NCBI GenBank assembly: GCA_964589565.1
Contig: CAZPSS010000001.1
Coordinates: 1 to 33,516 of the forward strand
Length of the DNA: 33,516 bases
Source: an uncultured Planctomycetia bacterium
Lineage (GTDB): Bacteria > Omnitrophota > Gorgyraeia > JAFGHF01
Reading direction: 5' to 3'
Shown here: piece after piece, positions 31,849 through 33,516 of the stretch
How the letters are laid out: each line of letters begins with the position of its first letter
How positions within the stretch are numbered: position 1 is the first letter of the stretch
Position numbers and translations under genes: made by a program
Notes under the pieces: model-generated
What the model saw: the letters and a program-made list of their open reading frames with translations, nothing else
What the model was told of the DNA's origin: nothing
The model's database searches: none

Positions 31849-32352
31849 ATGCGTAAGGCTTTAGTTGTGTTGGTAATAGCGCTATTTTGCAGTGGGGTAA
31901 ATTTAGGTTATGCTCAGGACCTGACATTGGGATTCATAGATTTGAGAAAGGTTATGAATGAGTATGAAAAGGTTAGAGATGGAGAAGGCCAGTTGCAGAA
32001 AGAACTGGAAGAGAAAAATAAGCAGAAAGAAAAGCTTACTGAAGAAATTAAAAAGTTGCGGGAGAAAATAGACTTCTTGAATGATGAGCAAAAAGAGAAT
32101 AAGCAGCAAGAGTTAGCGGAAAAAGTTAAAAAATTGCAAGAATTCAACTACCAGATGCGAATTGGTCTACAGCAGAAAAGAGACGAGAAATTAAGGAATA
32201 TTTCTAAAGATATTAAAGATGTTGTTCAAGAATATGCTCAAAGTCGCAATTACAATATAATATTTGACAAAATGCTTCTTCATTATGGAGACAGTAAGAT
32301 AGATGTAACAGACGATGTTATTAAGATTTTGAATCAAAGATACAAGAAATAA
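31849..32352 (+). CDS. skp: Periplasmic chaperone Skp/OmpH
   Basis: Signal peptide (ALVVLVIALFCSGVNLGYA), a long coiled-coil Lys/Glu-rich body, and a position between bamA and lpxD. Confidence 0.8.
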   Translation: MRKALVVLVIALFCSGVNLGYAQDLTLGFIDLRKVMNEYEKVRDGEGQLQKELEEKNKQKEKLTEEIKKLREKIDFLNDEQKENKQQELAEKVKKLQEFNYQMRIGLQQKRDEKLRNISKDIKDVVQEYAQSRNYNIIFDKMLLHYGDSKIDVTDDVIKILNQRYKK

Positions 32353-32355
32353 TTA

Positions 32356-32445
32356 ATAGTTAAATAGTTAAAAGGTTTCAAAAGTTCAAAAAGTTTGAAA
32401 GGCCTTCTAACTTTTCTAACTTTTTAACTTGCAACTTTTAAAACT
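32356..32445. repeat. AT-rich stutter palindrome, family 'AACTTTTTAACTTGC'
   Basis: The left arm AAAAGGTTTCAAAAGTTCAAAAAGTTTGAAAGG faces the right arm CCTTCTAACTTTTCTAACTTTTTAACTTGCAACTTTTAAAAC. It shares GTTCAAAAAGTTT and the right-arm 27-mer with 17503-17578. Confidence 0.8.
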
Positions 32446-32449
32446 GAAA

Positions 32450-33463
32450 ATGGAAAAGACGTTAGCTGAAATAGCTAAGATAATAGATGGCGAAGTCATC
32501 GGTGATAGTTCTGTAATCATCAAAGGAGTCTCGGGAATAAAAGAGGCAAAGTCCGGCGAGATTACCTTTGTGGCCAACCCCAGATACCTTTCTTTGATTA
32601 ATGAAACCGCTGCCTCGGCAGTAATAACTCCCAAGGATATTAAACAGGCCGCAAAACCGATAGTCCGCACAGAGAATTCCTCTTTGGCTTTTGCTAAAAT
32701 TGTTTCTTTATTTGCGCCGGATGAAATTAGGCGTCCCCAGGGGATACATCCAAGCGCAGTGTTGGGTAAGAATGTAAAACTGGGCAAAGATGCAGCTATT
32801 TGCGCCTATTGCGTAATTGAAGACGGCGCAGAAATAGGAGAGAAGACTACTCTCTACGCAGGAGTTTATGTAGGCCAGCACACAAAGATAGGCCGCAGTT
32901 GTACCCTCTATCCTTATGTATCTATTCGGGAAAGAGTCACTATCGGCAATCGCGTAATCATCCATAACGGCACAGTTGTCGGAAGCGACGGGTTTGGTTT
33001 TGCTAAACTGAGGGGAATCCACCACAAGATTCCTCAGATAGGCACAGTAGTAATCGAAGACGATGTAGAGATTGGCGCCAATGTAACTATTGACCGGGCA
33101 CGTTTTGACAAAACCGTCATTGGCCGGGGCACCAAGATTGATAATCTTGTACAGATTGCCCATAATGTGGTGATTGGTGAAGGCTCTATCATTGTTGCCC
33201 AGACGGGCATTTCCGGAAGCACGGTAGTGGGCAAAAACGTAATCCTGGCCGGACAAGCCGGCCTCGTCGGACATATCACCATTGGCGACAATGTCGTTGT
33301 CGCAGCTCAGGCCGGAGTGACTAAAAGCGTTCCTGCCGATAGCTGCGTTTCCGGGTATCCGGCCAAGCCGCACCACATCGCTAAACGAATAAATGCTTAT
33401 ATTCAAAAGTTGCCTGATTTGTTTAAAAAGGTAGCAAAATTGGAGAAGAAGATAGGAATGTAG
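32450..33463 (+). CDS. lpxD: UDP-3-O-acylglucosamine N-acyltransferase
   Basis: N-terminal [15 protein letters not shown], then a hexapeptide-repeat beta-helix. I prefer the ATG at 32450 over the track TTG at 32429, which lies inside the repeat. Confidence 0.9.
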   Translation: MEKTLAEIAKIIDGEVIGDSSVIIKGVSGIKEAKSGEITFVANPRYLSLINETAASAVITPKDIKQAAKPIVRTENSSLAFAKIVSLFAPDEIRRPQGIHPSAVLGKNVKLGKDAAICAYCVIEDGAEIGEKTTLYAGVYVGQHTKIGRSCTLYPYVSIRERVTIGNRVIIHNGTVVGSDGFGFAKLRGIHHKIPQIGTVVIEDDVEIGANVTIDRARFDKTVIGRGTKIDNLVQIAHNVVIGEGSIIVAQTGISGSTVVGKNVILAGQAGLVGHITIGDNVVVAAQAGVTKSVPADSCVSGYPAKPHHIAKRINAYIQKLPDLFKKVAKLEKKIGM

Positions 33464-33471
33464 TAATAAAC

Positions 33472-33516
33472 CGTCATTGCGAACCCTGCTTTCGCAGGGA
33501 CCGCTTCGCTCCTCGC
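33472..33516. repeat. REP/MITE-like element (GTCATTGCGA... family), truncated by the window end
   Basis: CGTCATTGCGA at 33472-33482, the internal hairpin CCCTGC-TTTC-GCAGGG, then GCTTCGCTCCTCGC, which matches the approach to the right terminus of the 4650-4769 copy. Confidence 0.75.

Overview
This is a 33.5 kb stretch of mostly housekeeping chromosome from a diderm bacterium, as shown by the bamA-skp-lpxD cluster. The repeat content suggests an uncultivated lineage, possibly a candidate-phylum or PVC/Omnitrophota-type MAG, but that is only a guess. I support 34 protein genes and one tRNA-Gln; all are on the + strand except ppiD. Content in order: MscS channel 3' end; a trehalose cluster (otsA, GT4 glycosyltransferase, otsB, an unknown internally duplicated protein, treT); tsaC, LMW phosphatase, rpiB, glyA; dCMP deaminase, nrdR; a UvrD-type helicase fused to a Cas4-like Fe-S nuclease; a small Zn-ribbon membrane protein, cutA, an AmmeMemoRadiSam-type radical SAM enzyme; ppiD (-); hisG; a 31-aa bS22-like peptide missing from the ORF track; a TPR protein; split transketolase; ispE, spoVG, tRNA-Gln, glmU, prs, L25/ctc, pth; rpsF, ssb, rpsR, rplI, dnaB; bamA, skp, lpxD. 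I see no rRNA, CRISPR array, transposase, integrase, prophage or recognisable defence, toxin or secretion system, and I cannot honestly name a new multi-gene system here. The unusual layer is non-coding. At least four families of palindromic or stutter repeats occupy nearly every operon boundary. Several appear to have entered reading frames in-frame (tsaC, pth, the glyA tail, the bamA signal peptide). Other points worth a second look are a zinc-ribbon insertion in SpoVG, an 80-nt ispE/spoVG overlap hinging on an A6 tract, and a GT4 plus a duplicated-module unknown protein embedded in the trehalose cluster. All family calls rest on motif recognition by eye; no searches were run.
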